The notes beneath the pieces were generated by a model, which saw only the letters and a program-made list of their open reading frames with translations, made no database searches and was not told the DNA's origin. A stretch of 64,000 bases of DNA. It comes from Octopus vulgaris (Eukaryota). The stretch spans positions 16,802,001 to 16,866,000 of the forward strand of contig OX597832.1 of NCBI GenBank assembly GCA_951406725.2, in the 5' to 3' direction. Position numbers and translations under genes: made by a program. The number at the start of each line of letters is the position of its first letter. Within the stretch, counting starts at the first letter, position 1. Below are positions 42,135 through 56,129 of the stretch, piece by piece.

Positions 42135-42320
42135 AAGCCGAGGAGAATGCTTAGGGGCATTTCGTCTATCTGCACGTTCTGGGTTCAAATTCCACCATGG
42201 TCGACTTTGCCTTTCAACCTTTCGGTGCCATTAAATTTACCACCAGACTGAACACTAGAGTCGATGTAAACAACTAGCACCCTTTCCCTAAAATTCCTGG
42301 CCATGTACTCAGATTTCAAA
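42135..42320 (+). mobile_element. SINE family C, diverged
   Basis: aatgcttaggggcatttcgtct...cgttctgggttcaaattccaccatggtcgactttgcctttc. Confidence 0.7.
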
Positions 42321-42346
42321 GGAATATACATATATGTATATATGTG

Positions 42347-42425
<79 letters not shown>

Positions 42426-42440
42426 ATATATATATATATA

Positions 42441-42493
<53 letters not shown>

Positions 42494-43042
42494 ATGAAGA
42501 CAGAAAGAATTATTGATTCTTAGACAAATCTTGGCCACTAAGTAGTGTATGATGTAGAGATGCAAATAGAGCAAAACTTTCGTCAGTTTGCTTTAATGAT
42601 TATAAAATTCAGGATGTAGCCACTATATTCAAACACGCAATCATAATGCCATTATCTCTATTGGCACTCGTGAAAGGGTGTTTATGTCTTTTAAATGCTG
42701 AGATGATGAGGCCCTACAACGAACAAGCTTAATTTTCATTCACTCAATAGAACAAATATATGACCTTATTAGGGACTCTATGGAAGCCTAGGATACCACA
42801 ATGATATACGGCAGGTTTTACACTTCGACACGAGTTTAAGAATTTGAAAGATTATTTACCGATATATATTTAACAAAACTTCAATGAGACAAGGGTGGCT
42901 ATGAAAATACCAGACAGGAATGGATTATTTTCCCCCGCTTTTCTGTATATTTGTTTTTTATTTCGCTGTTATATAGATCCGAAGATATGCATTTACACAC
43001 ACTTATCTACCTACACATAAACACACACTATATATATATATA

Positions 43043-43322
43043 TCACCGTGATCACTGTGATTGAAACGGCTATTAGATGTTGGTACACATCGCTGGTCAC
43101 AATGCGCTTCGCATTGGTTTAGCCTTCAAATGACGCCACCCTACTGGCTAAGCGTGCAGGCCAACAGAAGAAAGAGTGAGAGAAAGCTGCGGCGAAAAAG
43201 TACAGCAGTGATCGCCACCACCCCTTGCCGGAGCAACGTGGAGCTTTAGGTGTTTTCGCTCAATAAACACTCACAACGCCCGGCCTGGGAATCGAAACCG
43301 CCATCCTACGACCGCGCCTCCA
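43043..43322 (-). mobile_element. SINE family B head and body with a third type of 3' tail
   Basis: 43167-43315 matches family B; 43043-43165 is unrelated to the other tails. Confidence 0.8.
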
Positions 43323-43444
43323 AACTCACACATATATATATTATATAAGGAGAGAAAGAGAGAGAGAAGCATATACGTACGTTATATTTATCTATCAATC
43401 TATCTATCTCACCTCTCTCTTTTGACACGCACATATATGAATAT

Positions 43445-43471
43445 GTATGTATATATATATACATAGGTATG

Positions 43472-43504
<33 letters not shown>

Positions 43505-43519
43505 ATATATATGTATATG

Positions 43520-43591
<72 letters not shown>

Positions 43592-43618
43592 CATATATGT
43601 ATATATATATATATGTAT

Positions 43619-43651
<33 letters not shown>

Positions 43652-43656
43652 GTATA

Positions 43657-43730
<74 letters not shown>

Positions 43731-43837
43731 TAGATAGAAAGATAGATAGATAGATAGATATATATATATATATATAAAGTGTACGTGAATGTGAGGGAGA
43801 GTGTATGTCATACTGTGTGTCCAGAGAGAGAGAGAGA

Positions 43838-43910
<73 letters not shown>
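43445..43910. repeat. (TA)n, (GATA)n and (GAAA)n microsatellite cluster
   Basis: Direct reading. Confidence 0.95.
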
Positions 43911-43911
<1 letters not shown>

Positions 43912-44704
43912 GTGAGAGAAAGGCGATGGGTACGAGTTGTCCAACACCGCCAGCCAATGCCCAATGCAGCGGCATACATAAAGAGCACATTAAATTGGGG
44001 CCACATAAAATTAGTATGTAAATATGTCATTTATATTCTAAATGCCATGTTGCAGCATACTTGTTTCCTCATTACGGCTATTATAGAGTGAGCGAATAGC
44101 TGTAAAATTGTTAAGTGTGACATTATAACACCTGCAAACGTAAGCATTACGTTTCAGTAATTAGAGTTTCCATTCAAAACATTATATCCATAGACAAACG
44201 CGTGTTGCCATCAGAAGTAACACGATTCTGGAATGTGTAGACCAATTACATACTTTAAATGGAAAATGTTTTGTCAGATCTAAATTCTGGTTTGCATTAA
44301 TGTATGTACGTTCTGATAGTTTGTAGTATACAACCTAGACACGCAACACACCTTGGCACATATATCCACAAAGAGAGAGAGGGGCACAGAGAGAGAGGGG
44401 GTGGGAAGGATAGAAAGAGAGAAAGAGATGGAGAGAGAGCATGAGAGAGATAGAGAGACAATGAGACAGAAATTTATATGTATATATATATATATATACA
44501 TAGCCACACACACACATACTGACACGCATACACACAGACGCAGACATATTCATATATATATATACATATATATAGTTATGGTATATTCTGTTAGAAACTT
44601 GGTAGAGTACACTGTAAAACTGGTCCACCTTCAGAATTTCCCACTACTTTCCGAGAGAATTATAATACACTTCTAAATATATGTCGGGTATTCGTCGTGT
44701 GTGA

Positions 44705-45315
44705 ATATGAAATTGAATAAATTGGAGTCTACAAGGATTACAGTTGGGGAGATATTTTTTAATATCTACAATTGTTTCGAAGCAACGTAGTCCTCCAAAA
44801 ATACTAGTATTTGATTATGCAACTATTTGTTTGCGCAATGAGATCTAGTTGTGTTTCCTCGAGCGATATACGAGTGTTGTCTGTTTCAAATCAACTTCAA
44901 CGCCGTCCCCTCCTTCCGTCCAGGTTTGAATTTAGTAGTAGCTGATACACTCAAAATGTGTGATATTAGTTCCTGGTTGTCATACTGTCATGAATGGTAG
45001 TAGACGGATATTTTTGTACTGGCTGTATTTACTACCATTCATAGCAGTTGGCAAATGCACTCTGGCAGGACACACCATGAGTCTATCAGCTACCACTAAC
45101 TTCAAACTACGACGGACGGAGTGAATTCAAACTACGACGGACGAAGACAACACATGCATATTGCCTAAGAAAACACAGCTACATCTCATTACACTAACAA
45201 TCAGTTGCATAATAAAATACATGTACAATTAGAGAACTACGTTGCCTTGAAACAAATGTAGTTATTGAAAAATAACCTTCCAACCGTACATCTTATTGAT
45301 TCAAATTTCTTCATT

Positions 45316-45318
<3 letters not shown>
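44705..45318. mobile_element. Old foldback/MITE-like palindrome, ~300-bp arms, centre ~45015
   Basis: atgaatggtagta/tactaccattcat; tagtagctgata/tatcagctacca; gtatttgattatgcaact/agttgcataataaaatac; gcaacgtagt/actacgttgc. Confidence 0.75.
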
Positions 45319-45396
<78 letters not shown>

Positions 45397-46833
45397 TTAT
45401 ATTTATATACGCGGCACAAACATCTCCCGGGGAGACAGGATTGAATCTGACGAACCCCGTGCTCGGATACGACCTGGAGCCGACCACATATATATATATA
45501 TATATATATGCTCACACATGAGTGTGCATGGGTTAATTTTTAGGTTACTGCACTCGTGATTGAAACATCAGTATTTCATTTCCTCGACCGTTGTGTTCTT
45601 GAGCAACACACTTCATCTCACGCTGGTCTGCGATCATTTCGACACTTGATGTTGGGTACACAGGGCACCTATTCATGCAACGTCGATTTGTTGGGAGATG
45701 TGAACTGATGTACAGTACGTGCATTAATCAATTTAAACTAATTAACTTGTACAGATTAATATGCAAGTGTAAGAATAAATGCAATCATTTTGCTACCCTT
45801 AAAGCAGCGAGCTGGCACCGGACAAGATGCTTAAGGTCTTCCTATGCATTCTCAGACCATGTCCTACTAAGGTCAGCATGCCTTCTCTCTTATTGTTAGT
45901 CTATAATATAAGAACCAGCGAAATATTGGTGTCCCATTATTATTCAGTATTTAATCACGTGCTTTCACTGCACCAACAAGCGCGTCACACTGTGTCTTGG
46001 GCACATGGTTTGGTTTGTTTCGGTGTTGTTATTTTCACTATGTGGAAAGTATTTTGCGTCGGATGTGCGCGACGGCTATCAGGGTTATTTTCTGAATGTT
46101 ATATTTATATTTATGTCTTGGTGTTTTGGTTATGTATTTGTCTGTGTTCAATCATATATAATGCACATATAATCATAGAGATCCATTCCGTTTGTCGACT
46201 CCATACTCGGATTATCTGTATTTCATGCCTCTCTCTGTTTCTTTTAAATTAGATTCCTATGTGTCAAAATTTGAAACACCAATTTCTTTTAGCAAGCTAT
46301 TCTGTGAACACAGTCAGCATTTGACCATTCCACGTAACTCCTCACCACAAATACTATGCCATATTTCATATTCTGTCTTACACTTTAGTAATTCACAGCT
46401 ATTTTACTGTTTTTTAAATAATCAATCGACCATAGAAAGTTTAAGTAGCAACGGATAATATATACCACTATAGAGACAGCCCGTAACTCGAAAGTGATTA
46501 TGGTTTGGTAGCACGTTCTATGTTAAACTATTTGATTTAGGGACCCGTGTATCTCATCATCTCGGATATAACAACATGATAAGAAATCGTGCTTCACCAA
46601 TGGAATGTTTGTAAGTGGTAAAGCCGAGAAAACCGTGTCGACTTCAAAATGTATGCTTTGATAGAGAACACAAAGTTCCGTCCATTCCAGGATTTGAACC
46701 TATGGTTTCAAGATAATGAGCTGCATGCATTAAGGAAAATGGCTACGCTCCTTCTCAAGCATAGTTAACTCGAGGCAGTACTTGCAGCAATCTAAACAGT
46801 TAAGTTACGAGTATATTCCACTACAGTACGGAA

Positions 46834-46888
46834 TGGTGGTGGTGGTGATGATGATGATGATGATGATGACGATGACGATGACGATGAC

Positions 46889-46943
<55 letters not shown>

Positions 46944-47035
46944 TTAATAATAATAATAATGAGAAGAAGAAGAAGAAGAAGAAGAAGAAGAAGAAGAAGA
47001 AGAAGAAGAAGAAGAAGAAGAAGAAGAAGAAGAAA
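46834..47035. repeat. Compound trinucleotide microsatellite (GTG/ATG/ACG/ATA/AGA)
   Basis: Direct reading. Confidence 0.95.
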
Positions 47036-47047
47036 AGAAAAGGAGGG

Positions 47048-47346
47048 GAGCGCAAACCTCCGCCAAGGCAATACCAACGGCCTCTCATCGATTAGCCGGA
47101 GATGATTTCTAAAATGAGAACCCGACTGCTCTCAAAAATTAAGTGAAAAATAACAAGAAAAACAATTCAGACTATCCGGTACCAGATCGATCCCAAAATC
47201 TAATCAGTTCGTGCCAGTCACGAGGCCAAACATCTCTGAAAGATTCATCCGAATCCATTCAGCGGTTCTTGAAATATCTTGTCCCCAGACAAACAAACAA
47301 ACACGGCTGAAAACAATACCTCCGCTTTCGCTAAGGTGGAGGTAAT
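47048..47346 (-). mobile_element. Helentron-associated non-autonomous element (HINE/DINE-1-like)
   Basis: Minus strand: 5' attacctccacc...gcggaggt short inverted pair, (GTTT)n, core ggattcggatgaatctt, 3' subTIR ttggcggaggtttgcgctc. Confidence 0.75.
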
Positions 47347-47502
47347 GACAATGCACGTAAGATGATCCATCAAACCAATTACATTGAAACGATTCTCATG
47401 CAAATATATCATCAATAATCACACTAGAACATGAAATGGAAAGCTGTGTTAGCGTCAAATCCAGCAAAAGTGGCTAAAAATATTATGCTACCGAGATGCA
47501 AA

Positions 47503-47832
47503 AGGAAGGCGCGTGGCTTAATGGTTAGAGTATCCAGCTCAAGATCACAAAATCGGGAGTTCGATTCCCAATAGTGCTTTGTGTCGTTGAGCAAGCCGCA
47601 TTATTTTTATATTTTGCTCCGGTTCACTTAGGTAAACAAAGAAAGGGGTACTACCTGTATTTCAAAGGGGGCAGCCCTGTCATAACTGTGTCACACTAAA
47701 TCTCCCAGAAAGCTACGTTAAGGGTACGTGTGTTTCTGGAATGCTCAGGCATTTGCACTTAATTTCCTGAGCGGGCTGTTCCGTTGATCGAATCAACTAG
47801 AACCTTCGTTGCCCTAAACGAGACGGCGTGCC
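47503..47832 (+). mobile_element. tRNA-headed SINE with a family B tail but a different head and body
   Basis: gcgtggcttaatggttaga...gagttcgattccc head; tacctgtatttcaaaggg...ctacgttaagggtac...gctgttccgttgatcg tail. Confidence 0.75.
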
Positions 47833-48784
47833 AGGAATGTAAAATGTCAATACAAATTATGGGATTGGTTATATTAGTTTTATTCAATATTTCTTTGATT
47901 AAAAAAAAAGGTTAAAAAACTCAATTTCAGCAAGAGAATCCAATGCTAGCAATTTTATTACGGTGAAATTATCAAAATACTTCAAAATATAAAATGCTAA
48001 ATAACGTTATTTGAAATTACATAATTTCGAGTTTTGATATTTGAAGGTACAAAATTTGAAATATTGGAACCTGAAATTACAATATTCCCAGCTGAAATAC
48101 TTCAATTTCAAGATTACAAAATTTCGATCTTATAATTCAAAATATTAGAGATTTTCCAATTTTGTAATTTGAAATATTGCAGAATTTTAATATTTGTGAA
48201 GTATTTTGAAATATTAAGATCAATTTCAAATGAGTCTTATAGAAATAAATTTTAATTGATTACAAAACATGGTGTTCTATTATGGTGATGATGATGAGGA
48301 TGACATTAATTAAGATAATGACGATTATGATGATGATGATGATGATGATGCGTACGGGGACAATGACGACAACAACGAGACGACGACGACGATTTTAATC
48401 ATATCTATAAATATCCATTTTTTACATTTTTATAGCTGTAAGTTCGGAAGAGTTGTTTACCCTTACCAATACCGAAGCGTTACTAAGCTTCGCCACCTTA
48501 TAGAGATAGGCACTTTTCCCCGATTGATCATAATTTTTCTCAATGAAATTTACAGCGGAAATTACATCTATAGACCGCAAGCCATAAATGTTTCAGAAAA
48601 CTTGTATATGAAACTAATTTCGAAAATTATTGAGTTTTTTTCTTTTTTTTTAAGAATAACATTTTATAAAAGAAAACTCAGCATAATATACCGTCACAAT
48701 ATACACTCCAAAATATCACGTACCATAATAAGGAAGTGATCTCCCATAATACTGTATCAGAATAACGCTTAAGAATTAAAGAAT

Positions 48785-49086
48785 GTTTGTTCTTTCTCGA
48801 GCTATGCCTGGCTGATAAGGGCCGGTTTCCTGGTTTCCTTGGCGTATAGGTCCCCCACCTGGATGGGACACCGGTCCGTCGCAGGTGAGCTGAAAGATGC
48901 AGAAGGAAAGAGTGCGAGAAAGTTGTGGCGAAAGAATCAGCAGACGTTCCCCATTATTGTCTGCCGGAGCTGCGTGGAATTGAGATGTTTCGATCATAAA
49001 CACACACTTCACCAGGTCTTAGATTCGAACCCGCGAACCCTCGACTACGACTCCGCTGCTCTAAACACTAGGCCATGTGCCTCCAC
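48785..49086 (-). mobile_element. SINE family B-related with a fourth tail type; possible aagaat TSD
   Basis: Head gtggaggcacatggcctagtgtttagagcagcggagtcg...ggttcgaatc; same subfamily as 63430-63732. Confidence 0.8.
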
Positions 49087-49176
49087 TAAGAATTTTAAAA
49101 TACGCTACTTAAAGTAAGTAGTTAAAAGCACAACTTTTCCCATTGAATTGCAATCTACGATTCATTCGTAGAGTTA

Positions 49177-49537
49177 CAATTGCCCAGTGTTTAGGGCAGC
49201 GGACTCGCGTTTGTGAGATCGCGTTTTCCATTCCTAGACCGGACATTGTGAGTGTTTATTGAGCGAAAACACGTAAAGCTCTACGAGGCTCGGGCAGTGT
49301 TATGGTGACGAACTCTGCTGTTTTCTGTCACCACAAATTTCTGTCACTCTGTTTCTGTGGTACCTGTATTTCAAAGGCCCAGCCTTGTCACGCTCAATGT
49401 GACGCTGAATCTCCCTGAGAATTACGTTAAGGGTACTTATCTGGAGTGCTCAGCCACTTGCACGTTAATTTCGCGAGCAGGCTGTTCCATTGATCGGATC
49501 AACTGGAACCCTCGTCGTCGTAATGGACGGAGTGTCA
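49177..49537 (+). mobile_element. SINE family B
   Basis: gcccagtgtttagggcagcggactcgcg...ggaaccctcgtcgtcgtaatggacggagtg. Confidence 0.85.
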
Positions 49538-50372
49538 CATTCAATAAGATCACGTGACATAGTAAGGAAGTGAACTCTTATGATACTGTATCAGAATCAC
49601 GCACAACAATTAAAGAATAAAATATTTCAACGCCAGTAGTTAAAAGTACAACTTTTCCCATTGATTAGCTATCTACGATCCATTCGTTTAGAGAAGAGCC
49701 AAACCTTCACAAATCCTTTCATTTCTCTTAAAATTTCTTGATTCATTCATCGACACGAATATCGGTATATATTGGAAAGCTAGAGGACATTTATTTTAGA
49801 GTTTGAAGATATTGGAACCGAAAGAAAGGAGTAAATGATAGTTCCAGTTGACAATTCACGCGGATTTGCTTCCAGCTCCTTATGTAGTTCATGGTGTGCT
49901 TTGTAATTTAGAGGTTTTATTATTTCTAAAAGTACGTCTGTGGGTGTAAGTATTACATAGTTGAATATGCAGCTATAATTCTGATACAGTATTATGGGAG
50001 ATCACTTCCTTATTATGGTACGTGATATTTTGGAGTGTATATTGTGACGGTATATTATGCTGAGTTTTCTTTTATAAAATGTGAAAATATGCATATATGC
50101 GTAAGGGTACATATATACCTATGTATGGAAATAATTTACATATATATTTATGTGTAAATCTATAGTATACTGATTCATAGAATCATTGGTTATCACAGAA
50201 AGCTCTTCCGACGGACTCAGTTAAGAGACAACATAGTGACCGAATATAGAATAATTCGGGGTTCAATGGAGCTGAAATCCAAGAAAATCGATTAATGATA
50301 TTACTTCATGGGAAATATATAAAGTATTAGCAATGCCAGGAGGCAGAAGATGTGAAAATATTGTTTTAACCA

Positions 50373-50450
<78 letters not shown>

Positions 50451-50451
<1 letters not shown>

Positions 50452-50600
50452 GACAGACTTCTCTCAGTTTCCGACTGCTAAATCCACTCAAAAGGCCTTG
50501 GTCGGCCCGAGGCTTTAGTAGAAGACAGTTGCCCAAAGTGAACACAGAACCATGTGGTTTGGAAGCAGGCTTCTAAACCACATAGACACGTCTGCGCCTA
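50451..50600 (-). mobile_element. SINE family A, 5' half
   Basis: cagtttccgact...aaatccactca...gaaccatgtggttt...tgcgcctat. Confidence 0.75.
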
Positions 50601-50853
50601 TATATTTATATATATTATTTAGATGAATACATATTTTTACACTCGCACAAACACACCCGCGCTCACACACACACACACACACACACACCCACATATATAT
50701 ATATATATATATATATATTTTAGTATGGGTCTGTGCTGAGTATATGTGTATGACATCAGGGTTTTTCACACTTTTTATACTCTTGTCCTTATATATTGCT
50801 AATACTCTTGCAACCTGCTTTTGCTATCATTCAATTACATCAAGTGTGCACAA

Positions 50854-50908
<55 letters not shown>

Positions 50909-51189
50909 TACTTAAGAAAACCTTATTCAGGGACCTTTTGAGTGGGATGGGCTACTCGACCTGCAGAAAATTCTAACTGGACTCCACCATCAAGTTCATG
51001 GACTGTTCATCTTTATATGAGATTATCATGTCACGAATATATGGTTGTGATGCATGTGCTTGGTGTACCCTTGTCAAGCGGGTAGTCATGATGTGTATAC
51101 TGGGCCTCGTATATTTTACCCCAGCGTTACTTTGATAACTTGCATTGCTCCCACAATGATAATAATAACTTCCATACATGGATCATAGA

Positions 51190-52290
51190 AACACCGACCA
51201 TGTGCAAGGATGGAACAACAATTTTGAATTAGATGACATAGAGAGGTACAGACAAAAGAGTGAATAATAAAACTAAAGCTATCAACTTTAGAAAAGAAAT
51301 ATTCCAATCAGGTTCACTCTTTTCACTCCCATTCTCTCTTACACTGACGCCTTTAAGAGGCTTGTTAAACAGAAGTGGGTGTGAATACAATTGCTATGGT
51401 AAAATAAGCGACCACTTCTTTTATGTGGATGATCTGAAATAGTATGTGGCAAATGATGAAAAGAAAAAAAAAACGAAAAACACTATTAGAAACATGACAT
51501 GGATTTATCAAAGTAATAAATATGAAATTCGGCTCAGAAAATGTGACAAAGCAACCTTGAAAAGTGGAAAACTAGTTAAGAGTAACATTATCGTAGTAGG
51601 CAAAGAAAAATATCTAAATAAGAGAAGTAGACCAAACCCAGACATACAAATAATTAGCAATCAATGAACTAGATAGAGTACAACACACACAAACGAAAGA
51701 GAAGATAAAGAAAGAATACTGTAAACAAGTTAGATTAATACATAAAACAGAAGACAATGCGAAAACAAGATAATAGATACCAATACTCTAGATGTCACCA
51801 TTAAATGTTACAATTACGATATTCTTAATTAGAAACTGAATTAACTAACGAAGCTAGACAGGAAAACAACAAATAAAATGACGAAATTTAGAATACATCA
51901 CCCAATAGCTGACATAGAAAGGTTATATATGCAACGGATTAAAGCGACAAAACTTTTTAAAACATGCAGCATTGGATTACATATATATATATCTCAAAAG
52001 AAAGAAAATGTGGTAGAAATAACCACACAAACAAATAAATAGTTTTCTGTCTTGAAAGAAGCCAAAAATATATAGTCAGATAAAGAGCAAACGAAAACTG
52101 TAGAGCAACTGAAATCTAAAATGAAACTCGAACAAAATACCATGATAGAATAATGGCACGAAAAATCCTTAAATGGCAAATACTAGTATAAGCTAGATAA
52201 AAAATAAATAGTCAAAGTAGAATCCAAACAATGGCGGAAGACCAGGATTCAAAGTAGAGAGTGACGGGTTTTTTTAATGCCGCCCAAAAT
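51190..52290 (+). pseudogene. R4/Dong-like non-LTR retrotransposon RT remnant
   Basis: KEIFQSGSLFSLPF..TLTPL..LLN...HFFYVDDLK (GIFQGDSLSP...HLLYMDDLK), RLRKCDKATLKSGK, HHPIADIERLY, WHEKSLNGKY. Confidence 0.85.
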
Positions 52291-52431
52291 CGGAACTCCA
52301 AAATGCTGATACGCTTTTAAAACATGCATTCTTTTGTTCTTTTACCTTTATTATTTCGGGTGGAACGAGCAATGATGTCTTACCTCCATCAGCTTTCATG
52401 ATGCCTTTTACTTTTGAAAGATCTCGAAGAC

Positions 52432-52819
52432 GAGTGGCTGTGTGGTAAGTAGCTTGCTTACCAACCACATGGTTCCGCTTTCACTCCCACTGTGTGGCAA
52501 CTTGTGGTAGCGTATTCTTTTATAGCCTCGGGCCGACCAAAACCTTGTGAGTGGATTTGGTAGACGGAAACTGAAAGAAGCCCGTTGTATATATGTATAT
52601 ATCTATATGTTTGTGTGTTTGTGTGTTTGTGTTTTCCCCCAACATCACTTGACAACCGATGCTGGTGTGTTTGCGTCCCCGTAACATAGCGGTTCGGCAA
52701 AATACCGATATAATAAGTAGTAGTCTTACAAAGAATAAGCCCTGGGGTCGATGTGCTCGACTAAAGGTGCTGCTCCAATATGGCCACAGTCAAATGACTG
52801 AAACAAGTAAAAGAGTAAA
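52432..52819 (+). mobile_element. SINE family A
   Basis: gagtggctgtgtggtaagtagcttgc...ggccacagtcaaatgactgaaacaagtaaaagag. Confidence 0.9.
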
Positions 52820-53202
52820 TATTGTCCTCGAGAGGGAGTTTTAAAATGTCTGTCTGTGTGTTTGTTACATCAGAAAATCTCTTCCTTTTGTTATTGATTT
52901 TGTTGTTGATGTCATCGTACTAACGATTCTGCCAGCTCGCCAACGACAACAACAACAAACCAACTACCACAACAAATATTGCCGACAAAATAATGACCTG
53001 TAAAACTGTAATTACCAATTATTTCGATTCGAATATATAGCGTGGATATTGGAAGTAACATTTTCCCAAATAGTAATACCTTAAGATTTGCACATAGAAT
53101 AAATACTTGAATGTATAAGGAATATTAAAACAGGGAAAAAGCTACGTTTTATGTTTTTTACTATATATATATATATATATATCCTTAAATCCTTTAAAAT
53201 GT

Positions 53203-53925
53203 TTCAGCCCGAAAGCTGCGGTTATGCTGGGACACCACTGTTGATTGTGCTACACTAGTATATAAAACTCTCTCTGATACGTGGCACTTTGTCAACAAAG
53301 GAGTTCGGTGCAGCTGCCAGCATCTGTGTTTCCTACCAAGAGGTATGTTTCTCTGGAACCCCTGACAAGAAGAGATCGAGTTTAGTTTTAAAGAAATCCA
53401 CATTCACACCATGCAGGTTTCTTAGGCATTTAGGATGGATACTGAAGAACTGTGGTCCTCTGAAACCCAAGATGTTCCATTATCTGATCCTGTATTTTGA
53501 TGGTAATGTTGGAATCTTTTGACCTATACAGTGGCGTCCCATTCTGCTGCTTGGAAACTTTCAATACCAAAATTTGGGGCAAGGCCCTCCAGGATTTTCC
53601 AGATGTATATCACTGCATATCTCTCCCGCCTTCGCTCCAAGGAGAAGAGTTTTAATACTTTCAGTCTTTCCCAGTAGTTGATAGGTTGCATTGAGACGAT
53701 CTTCTTACTGTAGCTTCGTTGGATTGCTTCGAGTTCTGCTGTTAACTTTATACTGTGTTGTGACCCTAGTTGGGAGCAGTAGTCCAAGCGGCTGAGGACG
53801 AATGTCTCCCAAAGGACCATCAGTATCTCTTCTCTCTTGTTCTGAAAGTTCGGAGGATCCATCCACTTGGAAAGATGCATCATTGCTTATGTCAATGCCC
53901 AGATCACGCACTGCAATTCTTCTCG
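53203..53925 (-). pseudogene. CR1-clade LINE 3' fragment (RT C-terminus + 3' UTR)
   Basis: RDLGIDISND...FVLSRLDYCSQL...LEAIQRSY...NYWERLKVLKLFSLERRRERY; tail cagcataaccgcagctttcgggctgaaac. Confidence 0.85.
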
Positions 53926-53929
53926 GGCC

Positions 53930-53961
<32 letters not shown>

Positions 53962-54344
53962 GTTCTTTCGTTGCAGTTGCTAACAGTACACGCAAAGCAA
54001 AACAAAAAAAATCATCACGTTCAGGGGCAAGTAATTCTCTCTTTGAGACGACTTCACTTACATAAAGTACATTTGCTTTTGAAATGAAGTGACGTTATTT
54101 TAAATGAAACACTAATGCATAAAGAAACAAATGCAAATGAAGCGCCAAAACAAACAAGCTGCTGAAAATACATTTGACACTGGTCTCCATTTGCATGTAA
54201 ATTCTAAATCCTCGATTTTGATAACATTCTGCTTGTATTTTCATACTTAATGACTTATTCAGAATGCTTGTGTTTAAAAGAAATGCGTTACATTTTGTTT
54301 ACTCCTCATGTTTTATCGCTTTCCTTTCATTGTTTAAGTATTAT

Positions 54345-54349
54345 CATCA

Positions 54350-54446
<97 letters not shown>

Positions 54447-54681
54447 TAATAATAATAATAATAAAATATTAATAATAATAATATTATTATTATTGTTATT
54501 ATTATTGTTGTTGTTGTTGTTCTTCTTCTTCTTTTTCTTATTCCCCTTATTATTATTATTGTTATTATTATTATTAATAATAATAATATTGTTGTTGTTC
54601 TTGTTAGTATTATTATTGTTGTTATTATTATTATAAATAATGAAAATAATAATATTATTATTGTTATTATTATATTATCAA

Positions 54682-54723
<42 letters not shown>

Positions 54724-54769
54724 CATTATTATTATTGTTATTAATATCATTATTATTATTATTATTATA

Positions 54770-54832
<63 letters not shown>

Positions 54833-54870
54833 ATTATCATTATCATTATTATTATTATTAATATTATTTG
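54345..54870. repeat. (ATT)n/(AAT)n compound microsatellite
   Basis: Direct reading. Confidence 0.95.
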
Positions 54871-55236
54871 TCTTTCCGTGTATTGTTTGTCGCATTACAT
54901 CGCTAATATTCATACTTGTACGCCGAACGTCAAAACATAAGCCGATTATTCAATTTATTTCTTAATAATGTATCAGTTGTTATTAACATGATAGGAAACT
55001 AAACAAATTATTATAAAAAAAAATATACTTTATGTAAAATAGATCATGACATGCATATATTACAATCAAGGGAAATCTATTTCATTGTAGTAGTTGTTGT
55101 TGTTGTATTTGCTGGTGTTGTTTCTTTTAAAGTTATCTCCTTCGCCAGCCATACAAAAACATTATCATTTTAAAACTGAAGACTGATTTATCATGGCGAA
55201 ATTCCACCATTATTGTCAACATTATTATCACTATTA

Positions 55237-55313
<77 letters not shown>

Positions 55314-56129
55314 ATTATTATTAATTCTGGTACTGCTATTATTACATTCATATCCTCCTTATTATCATCTTTCCTACACATCGGAATGGAAATAAAAGAT
55401 TTAAATATACAATGAGGATATCACACTGTGAATATTTACTCATTTCACTTTTTAATCACTGTTTGTTTTGTATTTAATAAAGTTTAATTTACAGTATATA
55501 TATTTTTTGTTATATTTTTCATAAAAATAGAAATAATAATTTCTATAGTCATGTTTGATATATTTTGAATCTAGTCACGTTGGTTCAATTAACACAGTTT
55601 GAAAATATTTCTAAAGTTATACAACCAAAATTATAAGTTTCTTTCTTCATCGATTTTTTTCCTGTCTCCTATTGGGAAAGTTTTCTCTAGCTAATAATAT
55701 ATTCCAGACTACAGACACAAGTTTAGTGAGCAATTATATATGCATATCAATAGAACAACAAGTGAATACTATTGACTATTTAAAGATAAAGTAAACACTT
55801 GGACATTTGTCCCTGATTTTGGTATCGTTTCAGCCATGTAGATTAGCCTTCTAATCATGCTACTTCGAGTTTGCTTTAAATTCTTTTGAGAGTCGCTAAA
55901 GAAAGCGTAACAATGGAAAACTGAAGGTTATATATTCGTTTTAGCTATTTTCTTTAGAATGAGGTATTTTGTAAATTTGCAGACACCAGATAAATATAGT
56001 CGAATATTAAATCCAGAGAAATGTAGCCTTACACAGTATGTTAACTGTAGCTGCTACTAATCGAATGAGAGAACAAAACCCAGAGAACAAAGAGAACAAA
56101 ACCCAGTCACTGGAAGATTACTTGTATTG

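Larger units (their letters stand above)
48659..50082. repeat. Perfect 105-bp inverted repeat pair (48659-48763 / 49978-50082)
   Basis: Base-by-base identical in reverse complement. Confidence 0.9.

Noticed and set aside
50200-50285. tctt-CCGACGG...GAAA-tcc-aaga HHR-like layout
   Set aside because: Core and stems are too degenerate to distinguish from chance.
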